Source: Bythopirellula sp. (GTDB lineage: Bacteria; Planctomycetota; Planctomycetia; Pirellulales; Lacipirellulaceae). From it: a stretch of 64,000 nucleotides of DNA. Shown here piece after piece: positions 37,642 to 48,539 of the stretch (position 1 is the first letter of the stretch; each line of letters opens with the position of its first letter). The notes beneath the pieces are model-generated. The model was not told the origin of the DNA and searched no databases. It saw nothing but the letters and a program-made list of their open reading frames with translations. The translations under genes and the position numbers were made by a program. The stretch spans positions 160,001 through 224,000 of the forward strand of contig OZ244170.1 in assembly GCA_965216565.1 (NCBI GenBank), read 5' to 3'.

Positions 37642-39177
37642 TCAGCTCCAATATTGCCGGTCGAGCATGCGATAGTTGATCGCTTCGCTGATGTGTTGGA
37701 CGCCAATGGTGTCGGCCCCGTCGACGTCGGCAATAGTTCGCGCCACGCGGATCACTTTGTCGTGGGCACGAGCTGACAGACCGAGTTGATCGACACTTTG
37801 TTCTAACATCCGGCGGCACATATCATCGAGCCCGCAGATTTGTCGCAATTCGCGGGTTGTCATCTGTGCGTTGACGCGAGTGGATGAGTTACAAAACCGC
37901 GCACTTTGCAATTGCCTGGCTGTATTGACTTTCTCACGCATGGAGGAACTGTCGGTGCCGTCGGCAGCGGCAGAGAGCTCGTTAAACGGCACCGCGGGTA
38001 CCTCGATATGCAAATCGATCCGGTCGAGCAGTGGCCCACTGATTTTTGCCATATAGCGTTCGATCTGTGGAATTGAGCAATGGCACTCGCGGCGGGGATC
38101 GTTGCGGTATCCGCACGGGCAAGGATTGAGCGAAGCGATCAGCATAAAGTCGGCGGGAAAATCGGTTGATCGCAACGCTCGGCTGATGGAGACGTGACCG
38201 TCCTCCAAGGGTTGGCGAAGCACTTCTAAGGTTTGCCGGTTGAATTCAGGGAGCTCATCTAGGAATAACACGCCATTGTGAGCGAGACTAATTTCGCCAG
38301 GGGCGGGAATCGACCCACCACCAACGAGCCCGGCGTTGCTGATAGTGTGGTGCGGTGCGCGGTAGGGACGTCGGGCCAGCAAAGGCCCGCCGCCGTTGAG
38401 CTTGCCCATGGCGCTATAGATCCGCGTGGTTTCAATCGATTCTTCTGCCGCCAGACTCGGCAAGATTGAGGGCATTCGCTTCGCGAGCATGGTCTTGCCC
38501 GAACCCGGAGGACCGACCATGAGTAGGTTATGCCCACCTGCTGCGGCGAGTGTGAGCGCCCGTTTGGCCATTTCTTGGCCACGCACATCAGCAAAGTCGA
38601 TGTCGTAGCCGCCCAATTCGTTGAAGAGCTCATCGAGCCGCGAGGGTATGGGGTCGAGCGTCAATTGACCGGCGAAGAAGGCGGTGGCTTGCGTGAGGCT
38701 ATCGACGGCAATCACTTCGATTTCCTCTACGACCGCAGCTTCGGAAGCGTTTGCTGAAGGCAAGACAATGCCCCGAGCTCCCTGTCGGGCGGCAGCCATA
38801 GCCATGGATAGCGCACCCTTGATAGGACGCATGTTGCCATCGAGTGCGAGTTCACCGGCAACGGCATACTGCTCAAACAAGTCGGATTCCAACTGCCCAC
38901 TTGCGGCGAGCAACCCAAGGGCAATTGCCAAATCGAATGACGCGGCTTGTTTCGGCAACTCCGCCGGGGCAAGGTTGATCACGACTCGATTCTGCGGCCG
39001 CACATAGCCGCTATTCACTAACGCTCGTTCGATACGATGGGTACTCTCTTTGACGGCTGCTTCGGGGAGTCCCACAAGCAGCACCTTTGGCATCGCAGCG
39101 GGAGAAACATCGACCTCCACCTCCACCGGCAAAGCATCGATCCCAAGAAGTGACAAAGTGTTCAATTGCGCGAGCAT
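37642..39177 (-). CDS. comM: YifB/ComM family Mg-chelatase-like AAA+ ATPase
   Basis: INLAPAELPK, GPPGSGKT, RAPHH, GEISLAHNGVLFLDELPEF, NPCPCG, SGPLLDRID, LSARA. Confidence 0.93.
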   Translation of the reverse strand: MLAQLNTLSLLGIDALPVEVEVDVSPAAMPKVLLVGLPEAAVKESTHRIERALVNSGYVRPQNRVVINLAPAELPKQAASFDLAIALGLLAASGQLESDLFEQYAVAGELALDGNMRPIKGALSMAMAAARQGARGIVLPSANASEAAVVEEIEVIAVDSLTQATAFFAGQLTLDPIPSRLDELFNELGGYDIDFADVRGQEMAKRALTLAAAGGHNLLMVGPPGSGKTMLAKRMPSILPSLAAEESIETTRIYSAMGKLNGGGPLLARRPYRAPHHTISNAGLVGGGSIPAPGEISLAHNGVLFLDELPEFNRQTLEVLRQPLEDGHVSISRALRSTDFPADFMLIASLNPCPCGYRNDPRRECHCSIPQIERYMAKISGPLLDRIDLHIEVPAVPFNELSAAADGTDSSSMREKVNTARQLQSARFCNSSTRVNAQMTTRELRQICGLDDMCRRMLEQSVDQLGLSARAHDKVIRVARTIADVDGADTIGVQHISEAINYRMLDRQYWS

Positions 39178-39586
39178 GGCTTACCACCGATGGCTGGCTA
39201 CAGATTGTTGACCGCGGAAAGACCGGATTAAACGAATGTTTCGAGACTCTCGAATTGGGCTCCAATACCCGAATTCATTTAGGTGTACATATGGATACAT
39301 GCCTTGTATCAAGGTGTCAAGAATGTTTCGAGAGTATTTGTGCTGCCTAGGGTAAATCTGCTACGGATGGATCGGAGTTGTCGACCGACAAGTCGGACTG
39401 TGGGAATTCGAATTAACAGGCGGGGACAACTGAACGCTCTCTTAGGGCGGGCATTGCGGATAGAAACTTGCTTTGACGTTTACATAGATTTAGATGCCGT
39501 CGAGTAGCAATGAAGGAACTTTGTGATGATCGGGGTGCAAGATGTACAATTTGAATAAGTATCTCAACTAGCAACTAAGCAATCTC

Positions 39587-40354
39587 GTGAGTATGGAAAT
39601 GTCACTTTCATTGTTGTTAATTCTCGCCTTATTGATCGCTGTGCCAATTGCATGGCTAGTTACTGAATTCAAATGTGAGAAAGGAGTTCGGATCTGTTTA
39701 GGGTTGCTCTCAATAGGCATAATTAGCGGTGTCATGTTAGTTGCGAATAACCTGGGTAAAACGTTTAACTACAATTCCCTGTATGGATTTGCTACCAGGA
39801 ATTTAATCAGGACGTCGATTCATGAAATTGAGGATGGTAACTTAGAACAGGTTCTCAATGTTTGGCGAGGACTAGATCAGCAATACCATCCAACATATGA
39901 AAACCGGGCGAATTACAGCGAACTCGTAGAGCAAGCAGTTCGTCAAATGCGAGACGAAGCGACGGTAGAATCTGATTCCGTATGGAACGCGCCAGCCTTT
40001 TCCTTAGAAACATGGCAAGGACACTGGGTAGATGAGCAGGGGTATTGGATTGTTATTAGCCGATTTGGGCGGACCCTTGAAATTCTGCAGTCCGGTCAAC
40101 CACGTCCCAAAGTCAATTCGGTGACGGTGTCGGAGGATCATCGGGAGCTAGAGTTTCAGGAGGGCAATCGATGGCGGCACACACTCACTCTGAAGAACAA
40201 ATATGAGGCTGCATATGAGTGGTTTGATCTTGAACAGAAGAAGATTTGGCAGACCACTTCGATTCATAAGTTGAAGAGGGCTACAGACGAAGAGAAGGGA
40301 ATGACCCGAGCGAGTGAGCTGGGAAATGCGATTGGAACTTCTCCATTGGACTGA
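39587..40354 (+). CDS. Hypothetical membrane protein (two N-terminal TMs), AT-richer than flanks
   Basis: 255-aa ORF with no recognised motif. Confidence 0.7.
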   Translation: MSMEMSLSLLLILALLIAVPIAWLVTEFKCEKGVRICLGLLSIGIISGVMLVANNLGKTFNYNSLYGFATRNLIRTSIHEIEDGNLEQVLNVWRGLDQQYHPTYENRANYSELVEQAVRQMRDEATVESDSVWNAPAFSLETWQGHWVDEQGYWIVISRFGRTLEILQSGQPRPKVNSVTVSEDHRELEFQEGNRWRHTLTLKNKYEAAYEWFDLEQKKIWQTTSIHKLKRATDEEKGMTRASELGNAIGTSPLD

Positions 40355-40710
40355 GACTTATGACTCAGATTGCCCACAACCTCATCTTTTCGTGCTGCAA
40401 CTCTATCGAAGCCTTATGGATCTCCACGATCTGATGTGTCGATTCTTGAAAACCGCTGCCCTCATTTTGGGCAACTTGCCGACCCAATGGTCGCAAACTA
40501 TACTCAGGGCTTGACTTCGGGCAGGGCGAGGCGGTCCTCCAAGTCGTCTGGCGGCGGAAGTTCGAGATTTTTTGGCGAACTCCCGAACCCGGCTCCGCAG
40601 AACCCCGTAGTTGCTAGGGTATCCCTATGCGCCCGGGCTGGAATCTCGGCCGAACACGCAATCGTATCTGTAATTTATCGTTCATTCTCTCTTAGAAACC
40701 GACAAAACAC

Positions 40711-41646
40711 ATGAGCGAAGAAACCGTCATCCAAACGCGGGCCCTATCGAAGGTGTATCGCGACTTTTGGGGCCGTCAGAAAGTTCGGGCTCTGAAAGCC
40801 CTCGACTTGGAAGTTAAGCGGGGCGAAGTTTTTGGCCTGCTGGGACCCAACGGTTCGGGCAAGACTACCACGATCAAACTCATTCTGGGTTTGCTGTTTG
40901 CCACCGAGGGCGAGGCCCTGGTGTTTGGCAAGAGCGCCACCGACGTGGCCAAAAACGAGCGCATCGGCTATTTGCCGGAAGAGTCGTACCTGTATCGATT
41001 CTTGAATGCCGAAGAGACGCTAGATTTCTATGCCCGACTGTTCGACATGCCTGCTGAAACGCGTCAGCAACGGGTCGACGCGCTGATCAAACAGGTGGGG
41101 TTAGACACGGCAAGAAAACGTCAGCTGCAAGAATATTCCAAAGGTATGACCCGCCGCATCGGTTTGGCCCAGGCACTGATTAACGATCCCGACTTGATTC
41201 TGCTCGATGAGCCCACCAGTGGACTCGATCCTATCGGTACGCGGGAAATGAAAGATATGATCCTGCGGCTGAAGGAGGAAGGCAAAACCATTGTCATGTG
41301 CAGCCACCTGTTGGCGGACGTGCAGGACGTTTGCGACCGGATTGCAATTTTGCATCAAGGCGAGCTGAAGGAATTGGGTCGGGTGGAAAATCTTCTTACC
41401 GTGGCGGACGTCACGCAGATTCGAGCCAAGGGCTTGAGCGACGAGTGCCAAAATGAGATTCGCGATGTGATCTCTCGTCATCAAGGGGAGCTTCTGGAAT
41501 TGGGTAATCCCACTACTACCCTCGAAGAGCTATTCCTGACGATCGTCCGCGATAGCGAGGCCCGACCGGGCCGCAGGGCGAACGTCGAGTCAAAACCTGC
41601 CGAATCGGCCGCAAATGGATCATCCGGCAGTGAGCCTGATAAGTAG
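40711..41646 (+). CDS. ABC transporter ATP-binding protein (exporter type)
   Basis: [29 protein letters not shown]. Confidence 0.95.
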   Translation: MSEETVIQTRALSKVYRDFWGRQKVRALKALDLEVKRGEVFGLLGPNGSGKTTTIKLILGLLFATEGEALVFGKSATDVAKNERIGYLPEESYLYRFLNAEETLDFYARLFDMPAETRQQRVDALIKQVGLDTARKRQLQEYSKGMTRRIGLAQALINDPDLILLDEPTSGLDPIGTREMKDMILRLKEEGKTIVMCSHLLADVQDVCDRIAILHQGELKELGRVENLLTVADVTQIRAKGLSDECQNEIRDVISRHQGELLELGNPTTTLEELFLTIVRDSEARPGRRANVESKPAESAANGSSGSEPDK

Positions 41647-41719
41647 TCCTGACGGGCGAAAGCGTCGGTGATGAACGGAATTTCCTCGGAAGAACAAATA
41701 CAGAGATCTAGATTTTTCG

Positions 41720-43552
41720 ATGGTACTTGAAGAACAAATTCTGCCGTATCTCCAGTGGTTGCTCGGCACAGAGAACACATTTGGGGCCTTGCCCAATTAC
41801 ATACTCGTGCTGTGTGTCTTAGCAGTCTTAGCCATTGCATTGGGATACCTAGTTGCGGCATTGCGCCGGGGGATTGTTCGTGGTGGCGACACCGTTTACG
41901 AGACCGTATCGGTAGGATTCCGCGAGCTATTTAGCACCTCGTTGCGACGCGTCTGGGCCCTTGCCCGACTGGCCATGAAAGAGGCCCGCCGCAGACGCGT
42001 GGAAGTCGCTTTGGTTGTGTTCCTGGTGATTCTGGCGTTTGCCAATTGGTTTTTGAGTTCAGACAATCAGAACCCCGCCAAGTTGTATGTCAGTTTCGTC
42101 CTCACGGCGACAACCTACTTGGTTCTAGGTGTGGCCCTGGTACTCAGCACATTCAGTTTGCCGAGCGATTTTAAGACTAAGACGATTTACACTGTGGTCA
42201 CCAAGCCGGTCTATGCGACGGAAATTATCCTGGGACGAATTCTGGGATTTTCGATTGTGGGCACGATCTTGTTGGTGCTAATTGCTGTAAGCAGCTATTT
42301 CTTTGTGACACGCTCACTCAGCCATACGCACCGCGTCGAGAAGGATAGTTTAAGCTATGCCAAGAATAATGCAGGCGAGGTGATTGGCTATCGCGGACGA
42401 ACTTCGCTGGAAGCGTACCACCGTCACGACGTGGAATTGGACGAGGAGAAAGACGGAGCTGCACTGAGCAACTACGATCACTTCCATCGGATTGAGGCGG
42501 ATGGCGATTCGTTTACGGTCGCGGAATCGGAGGGGGCAATTCGGGCCCGACTGCCCAAGTGGGGCAAGCTTACGTTTATCGATCGGCAGGGCGTTCCCAA
42601 AGAACGCGGCATCAACGTCGGCAATGAGTGGACGTATCGCAGCTTTATCGATGGTAATACTCAAGCCACGGCGATCTGGACTTTTGACGGCGTCGACAAA
42701 TCTCTCGACTCCGGCAATGGCTTGCCACTGGGGCTAATTGTCCGCGTATTCCGCACCCATAAAGGCATTATCGGTCAAGCGATCAGCGGTGCTATTCAAG
42801 TGCGAAACCCAGAGACGAAGTTAAAGAGCGACTTGATCCCCTTCGCTGCTCTCGATAACAAAATCGAAGAAATGACCATCAAGCAGAAGCTTGTCGATAT
42901 CGATGGCCAGGAGCGCGACCTGTACGACGATTTTGTCAGTAGCACGGGCCAGCTCGAGATTCGCGTCCAATGTTTGGAGCGAGGCCAGTACTTTGGCTTC
43001 GCCCAACCCGACTGCTTCATTCGTTTGCCAGACGCTTCAGCCGTGTTCAATTATGTGAAGGTGTACACCAGTATCTGGGTACAAATGGTAATCGTGATTG
43101 CCATTGGCGTGGTGGCCAGTAGCGTGCTGAGTGGCCCTGTTGCCATGCTGTTTACGGTGTCCTTCATTCTGCTTGGTTTCCAGCGAGACTTCTTCGTGGG
43201 GATTGCCGCTGGGGATGATTATGCGAAATATGGAGTAGAGAAAGTCTACGGTGGCGGTCCGGTGGAAAGCGCTTACCGAATGGTCACACAAAAGAATGTG
43301 ATGACCGATTTGGACCCAGGCGTTGGCACTTCGATTATCAATGCCGTCGATTTCGTTTTGCAGAAACTAATGTTGGGAGTATCCCAGGTGCTGCCAGACT
43401 TTGCGCAGTTTAGCACGGTTAAATTTGCAGCCTTTGGATTCGATGTCCCTGCGGATAAGGTCGGTGCAGATTTAACAATTTGCCTTGCTTATCTTCTTGG
43501 TGCAGCCGTAGTGGGTTACTTCTTGCTTCGCACTCGTGAGGTTGCCAGATGA
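41720..43552 (+). CDS. ABC-2 type permease with large extracytoplasmic domain
   Basis: Several TMs, KTIYTVVTKPV..EIILGRILG motif, ~250-aa loop. Confidence 0.8.
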   Translation: MVLEEQILPYLQWLLGTENTFGALPNYILVLCVLAVLAIALGYLVAALRRGIVRGGDTVYETVSVGFRELFSTSLRRVWALARLAMKEARRRRVEVALVVFLVILAFANWFLSSDNQNPAKLYVSFVLTATTYLVLGVALVLSTFSLPSDFKTKTIYTVVTKPVYATEIILGRILGFSIVGTILLVLIAVSSYFFVTRSLSHTHRVEKDSLSYAKNNAGEVIGYRGRTSLEAYHRHDVELDEEKDGAALSNYDHFHRIEADGDSFTVAESEGAIRARLPKWGKLTFIDRQGVPKERGINVGNEWTYRSFIDGNTQATAIWTFDGVDKSLDSGNGLPLGLIVRVFRTHKGIIGQAISGAIQVRNPETKLKSDLIPFAALDNKIEEMTIKQKLVDIDGQERDLYDDFVSSTGQLEIRVQCLERGQYFGFAQPDCFIRLPDASAVFNYVKVYTSIWVQMVIVIAIGVVASSVLSGPVAMLFTVSFILLGFQRDFFVGIAAGDDYAKYGVEKVYGGGPVESAYRMVTQKNVMTDLDPGVGTSIINAVDFVLQKLMLGVSQVLPDFAQFSTVKFAAFGFDVPADKVGADLTICLAYLLGAAVVGYFLLRTREVAR

Positions 43553-45144
43553 CAGAACGTGGTTCTTTTTATCGCAAGATTGCTTACCTGGTCATTATTG
43601 CGGTGCTGCTGTTCCCCATCTCGCAGCTTGGGGCCCCTTCGACTTTAGAAGATCCCGGTGGCGTGCTCGCTAAGATGCGGACCGACAACGATCTAGGGCA
43701 GTCGAACATCGGCGATATCGATCCCGCCAGCGAAACCATGCGCCTTGCCACGCTCGGACTGCGCGGGATCGCCGTTTCGATTCTGTGGAGCAACGCGAAC
43801 GAATTCAAAAAGAAGGAAGATTGGACCAGCTTCCGCTCGACGCTACAACAATTGGCGAAGTTGCAGCCCTACTTTATCTCTTTTTGGCGTTATCAGGCGT
43901 GGAACCTCTCTTACAACGTCTCGGTCGAATTGGACGATGTTCGTGACCGATACTATTACGTGCGACGCGGAATCGAGTTTCTCAAAGAAGGTTTGAAGTA
44001 CAACCGAGACAAGCCTTACTTGCTTTCCGAGCTTGGTTGGTTCATCGGTAGTAAGATCGGAACGGCTGACGAAAAGAAAGACTATCGCCGTTTGTTCAAA
44101 GCGGATGAAGATTTCCATCCTGCGGATCGACCTCCAGAGAAACGCGATAACTGGCTCGTTTCGCGTTCTTGGTATGAAGATGCTATTTCGGCTGTTGACG
44201 ATCGCAAGAAAACGCTGGGCAAGAAAAACCCTGTGCTGTTCTACAGCGATCCTGGTAGAGCACAGATCAACTACAGCGATGCAATCGAGCGCGAAGGAAT
44301 TTTTGGTGAAAAAGCCAAAAACGCTTGGGCCACAGCGAGCGATCTATGGCGATCGTTTGGTAACCGTGAGTTCCCCGCCTCTACCGGGGCCATGATTCGA
44401 CTGTCGAATCTGGATCGCTTGGAGGAAGAGGGAAAAGAGCTCATGGCACGCGTCGAAAGTCTAGCCGAGAATCCCAGTCAGGCCTTGGAAGAGCAACTTC
44501 GTAGCGAGCTCAGCGAGGAAGAACGCAACCTGCTGGACACGCCTGAAGACGAAGTTCCTGAGGAACGACTGGAAGAGTATTACGATTTGAAGAACGAAAT
44601 TAGGTTTGAGCCCAAGGACATCGCGGAGTTCATTTCTGAGAATTATCCCAAGGTCCGCAACGAAGCACGCAAGTTGGCTCACAAGATTGAGGAAAATCGT
44701 AGTAAGACTTTCCTGACCAGAAATAATCGCGACGTGTCCAACTACGCCTATTGGAAGGTTCGGACTGAAGTAGAACAAACCTCCGAGGCGTTGCGAGCAC
44801 GAGCGTTAGCTTACTCGGCCGCCAAAGCATTTCGGGAGGATGCGGCATTGCTAGAAGCAAAACGCATGTATGAAGAAAGTTTCGATCTGTGGGCGGCGGT
44901 ATTCAAAGCGCACCCCGAATTGGAGCTCGACTCCCCCTCGGCATCCGACATCATGGACGAGGTGGACCAGTATGTTCAAGTGCTCGAACAGCTCGACATG
45001 AGCCTGTTGGATAAGGACATTCAGCAGAGTTTCCCCCTCTGGGATTTGGTGGAACTGAACGACATGAGTAACGATTACCGAGAATACATCCAGGCGTACC
45101 GAGGCGGAGAGGCCGACCAGCCCGCTGGTATTCCCTCTCTCTAG
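43549..45144 (+). CDS. Hypothetical membrane-anchored alpha-helical/TPR-like protein coupled to the ABC operon
   Basis: N-terminal TM, LQPYFISFWRYQAWNLSYNVS, helical repeats. ATGA overlap with the permease. Confidence 0.75.
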   Translation: MTERGSFYRKIAYLVIIAVLLFPISQLGAPSTLEDPGGVLAKMRTDNDLGQSNIGDIDPASETMRLATLGLRGIAVSILWSNANEFKKKEDWTSFRSTLQQLAKLQPYFISFWRYQAWNLSYNVSVELDDVRDRYYYVRRGIEFLKEGLKYNRDKPYLLSELGWFIGSKIGTADEKKDYRRLFKADEDFHPADRPPEKRDNWLVSRSWYEDAISAVDDRKKTLGKKNPVLFYSDPGRAQINYSDAIEREGIFGEKAKNAWATASDLWRSFGNREFPASTGAMIRLSNLDRLEEEGKELMARVESLAENPSQALEEQLRSELSEEERNLLDTPEDEVPEERLEEYYDLKNEIRFEPKDIAEFISENYPKVRNEARKLAHKIEENRSKTFLTRNNRDVSNYAYWKVRTEVEQTSEALRARALAYSAAKAFREDAALLEAKRMYEESFDLWAAVFKAHPELELDSPSASDIMDEVDQYVQVLEQLDMSLLDKDIQQSFPLWDLVELNDMSNDYREYIQAYRGGEADQPAGIPSL

Positions 45145-45309
45145 GCCCTGTTTCTTTCCCTAAACCGCACTTTCACCAGCGGCATCCTCCGCTTAGAATC
45201 GTGCGTTTGCTGGCTCCGCACGCATTCACAGAGGGCTTGTTCAGAAAAACATTGCCCGAATGAGTCGAGTCATTTCCGAACGACACTGAGCTCCAAACGA
45301 AACGAATCT

Positions 45310-46662
45310 ATGCGCATTGTTGTTCTCGGCGCGGGAACGGTGGGAGGATCCATCGCATCTCTGCTTTGTCTACACCGTCACAGCGTGACTGTTGTCGATA
45401 GCGATGCAAATCGCATTCGACGGGTCAACGATTCGATCGACGCGCGGGTCATCACTGGATCGGCTTCACAATCGAGCGTCCTCTTTCAAGCCGGAGTCAG
45501 TAGTGCCGATTTATGCCTGGCGGTAACCGGGAATGACGAAGTCAACATGGTGGCAGCCAGCATGTCGAAGGCGATGGGTGCTCGGCGGGCTGTGGCTCGT
45601 GTGTATGCCCCTGTCTTCCGTGATCTCAGTACATTCGATTACCAACGGCATTTTGGTATCGATCGGCTGCTCAGTCTCGAACAGCTAACAGCGCTAGAAA
45701 TCGCCCGCAACATTCGGCATCCCGGCTCCGTAGCCGTCGAGAGTTTGGCTAGGGGCGAATTGGAAGTGCACGAAGTGATGGTCGCCGAGGATCGATCGGG
45801 GGTTGGGAAGCAACTGAAGGAATTGCAATTGCCCAATGGCGTACGCCTCGGTTCGATTAGCCGCGCTGGAGAAACTTGGATTGCCGGTGCCGAAGACAAA
45901 GTAGAGGCAGGCGATCGCATCACGATCATTGGAAAAAGAGACGACATCGACACAGCTACCGAGCTTTTTTGTGCAGAGGGCAATGCCAAGCTCGACGTCG
46001 TGATTGCCGGAGGGGGAGAGACAGGGTATCACCTGGCATCGATCCTCGAGGGCAAGCGATTTCGTGTCGTGCTTATGGATAAAGACATGGAGCGCTGCGA
46101 GTTCCTGGCCAGTCATCTCAACGAGACGGTCGTTGTCCATCGCGAGGCCACCCGCCGTGCCAATCTCGAAGAAGAACGCGTCGGCAGCGCCGATGTGTTT
46201 GTCGCCTGCACGGGTGAAGACGAAAACAATATCATGGCCTCGGTCGAAGCCCGTGATATCGGTGCGAAACGAATCATGGCCTTGGTCAGTCGGCCCGATT
46301 ACGCCCACGTCGTTGGCAAACTGGGAATCGACTTGGCGGTGAGTCCACGCGAAGTTGTGGCCAAACAGGTGTTGGGATTCTTGTCCTCGGGCCCAATCGT
46401 TTCTACCACTCCGCTCAGCGAAGGCAGTGGACTGAGTGTGGTAGAGGTCGACGTGATGCCCGACTCGGTGGCTACCGAGCATGTGCTCGCGAATCTTGGC
46501 TTGCCGACGCAATGTCTGATCGCCGGTGTGGTTCGCGAGGGATACGCTTCGGTGCCTGGGGGCGACTATCAATTCGAACCTGGCGACACTGTCATCGGTC
46601 TGGTTGCCGATAAGATGTCGAAAGAGATTGAAGCATTTTTTCGAAGTCAGAAGAGTCAGTAG
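45310..46662 (+). CDS. trkA: Trk K+ uptake NAD-binding subunit
   Basis: Two RCK-N/RCK-C pairs (VLGAGTVG; IAGGGETG). Confidence 0.95.
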   Translation: MRIVVLGAGTVGGSIASLLCLHRHSVTVVDSDANRIRRVNDSIDARVITGSASQSSVLFQAGVSSADLCLAVTGNDEVNMVAASMSKAMGARRAVARVYAPVFRDLSTFDYQRHFGIDRLLSLEQLTALEIARNIRHPGSVAVESLARGELEVHEVMVAEDRSGVGKQLKELQLPNGVRLGSISRAGETWIAGAEDKVEAGDRITIIGKRDDIDTATELFCAEGNAKLDVVIAGGGETGYHLASILEGKRFRVVLMDKDMERCEFLASHLNETVVVHREATRRANLEEERVGSADVFVACTGEDENNIMASVEARDIGAKRIMALVSRPDYAHVVGKLGIDLAVSPREVVAKQVLGFLSSGPIVSTTPLSEGSGLSVVEVDVMPDSVATEHVLANLGLPTQCLIAGVVREGYASVPGGDYQFEPGDTVIGLVADKMSKEIEAFFRSQKSQ

Positions 46663-46730
46663 TTATTCGCAACACGTAAGTTGATTCTCAACTTCGAAAC
46701 AACCCTCACCCTTATGTCCCATCCAAAGCC

Positions 46731-48329
46731 ATGAACCTTCGCTTAGTATCTCGCATGTTGGGGATCGTGGCCTGGCTGATTGGCGTGACAATGGCATTCA
46801 GCCTGCCTGTGGCTTGGCCACAGATTGGCGGGCAGGCCGAGTTTGAGGAGGGCGGATTCACGGGGCTCGTTTGTTCGATTATCGTTTCCATGCTCGTCGG
46901 GCTTCTGCTCCGTTGGTTGGGACGGGACGCCCCGGACATTCTCTATCGCAAAGAGGCAATGGCCATCGTCGGTTTGAGTTGGGTGCTGGCGACGCTGCTG
47001 GGCGGCATTCCCTACTACATTTCTGATGTGAAGTTTCGAGCGATCGACGATGTGCCCCAGAACATGGGTATTGCCGAGTGCTTATTCGAAAGTCAGTCTG
47101 GCTTTAGCACAACCGGCGCTACGGTACTCACCGACATCGAGCGCGAAGAGTGGGTGCCTCGGTGCATTCTCTGTTGGCGGAGCAGCACGCACTTTCTGGG
47201 GGGGTTGGGAATCATCGTGCTCTTTGTGGCCGTTCTTGGGCAAGGGTCGGCTGGCAAAGCTTTAATGCGTGCAGAAATGCCCGGCCCCAGCAAAGAGGGC
47301 TCTCAAGAGCGGATGCAGCACACAGCGTGGGTGTTCGCTGCCATTTATTGTGCGCTGACGCTGATACTGGGTGTTTTGCTTAAGCTCTATGGAATGACTG
47401 CCTTTGAAGCCATTTGCCACGCCTTCGGCACGATGGCGACCGGTGGATTTAGTACGCTCAACGGAAGCCTGGGTGGATTCGAAACGCGATTGCCAGGGAC
47501 ATATAAGTTGATTGAATACACAGTCATCGTCTTTATGATTTTGGCTGGGACAAATTTCACGCTGTTGTACCTAACGCTGATCCGCAAGCCGAAGATGCTG
47601 TTCACCGATCCCGAATGGCGGACGTACATCGGCATAATTATTGGCGCTACGATTCTGGTTTGCGTAGTCGGGCTCTTTGCCGAAGGAGAATTCAATTTAG
47701 ACGGTGGTAAGTTAACCGGAGAGGAATTCGAAACGGCGCTTCGCGATGGTCTGTTTCAAGTTGTCTCAATCATCACGACCACCGGTTTTGGCACTGCTGA
47801 CTTCGACATTTGGAACAACTTTTCCCGAGCCTTGATGATATCGCTTATGTTCATCGGTGGTTGTGCAGGAAGCACGGGTGGCGGCATGAAAGTTATCCGT
47901 CATATTCTCTGCTTGAAAATATTAGGGAGAGAAATCGAGCATTCGTTCCATCCTTCGGTCGTCCGTCATATTCGATTGGGGGGAGAGGCCATCACCGATC
48001 CGGAACTCGCCCGCAGTATTTTGGTTTACTTTGGGTTGGTCGCACTGATCTTCAGCGTTAGTTGTCTGCTGCTGGTAGGCCTGGAAACAGACGAGATCTG
48101 GACCGATAGTGGTCAGCCGAAAGAGAATCGGCTCGTCGATTCGGCCAGTGCCGTTGCTGCGACACTCAATAACATTGGCCCAGGCTTGGGGATAGTAGGA
48201 ACTACGCAAAACTATGCGGCATTCTCGGCCAGTTCCAAGCTGCTATTCACTTTCCTCATGATGCTGGGCAGGCTGGAGCTGTTTGCCATTTTGGTGCTCT
48301 TCCTACCAAGTTTTTGGCGGGCCCGGTAA
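46731..48329 (+). CDS. trkH: Trk K+ uptake membrane subunit
   Basis: SGFSTTG, ATGGFS, TTTGF, GGCAGSTGGGMK, NNIGPG, GRLE. Confidence 0.95.
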   Translation: MNLRLVSRMLGIVAWLIGVTMAFSLPVAWPQIGGQAEFEEGGFTGLVCSIIVSMLVGLLLRWLGRDAPDILYRKEAMAIVGLSWVLATLLGGIPYYISDVKFRAIDDVPQNMGIAECLFESQSGFSTTGATVLTDIEREEWVPRCILCWRSSTHFLGGLGIIVLFVAVLGQGSAGKALMRAEMPGPSKEGSQERMQHTAWVFAAIYCALTLILGVLLKLYGMTAFEAICHAFGTMATGGFSTLNGSLGGFETRLPGTYKLIEYTVIVFMILAGTNFTLLYLTLIRKPKMLFTDPEWRTYIGIIIGATILVCVVGLFAEGEFNLDGGKLTGEEFETALRDGLFQVVSIITTTGFGTADFDIWNNFSRALMISLMFIGGCAGSTGGGMKVIRHILCLKILGREIEHSFHPSVVRHIRLGGEAITDPELARSILVYFGLVALIFSVSCLLLVGLETDEIWTDSGQPKENRLVDSASAVAATLNNIGPGLGIVGTTQNYAAFSASSKLLFTFLMMLGRLELFAILVLFLPSFWRAR

Positions 48330-48539
48330 AGACTCTTTCTTAAATCTACTCTGCGGATTGTATCGATCGTATTGGCCAGCGCGCTGCCGTCGGCACTTCT
48401 CTTGGGTAGTTGTCGGGGCATCCGATAACAACTTGTGGGGCTGACGGCGCTAATTCAATTCTGCCGAGGCTGGCCGCGGGTAGTCCTCGATTCAACACCA
48501 GTACCAAGAATGCAACCAAGATTCTCAATAGGGCGGACG

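Noticed and set aside
40467..40535. GGGCAAC..GGTCGCAAACT resembling a c-di-GMP-I riboswitch upstream of the ABC operon
   Set aside because: No GAAA-capped stem and no convincing P1/P3 pairing.
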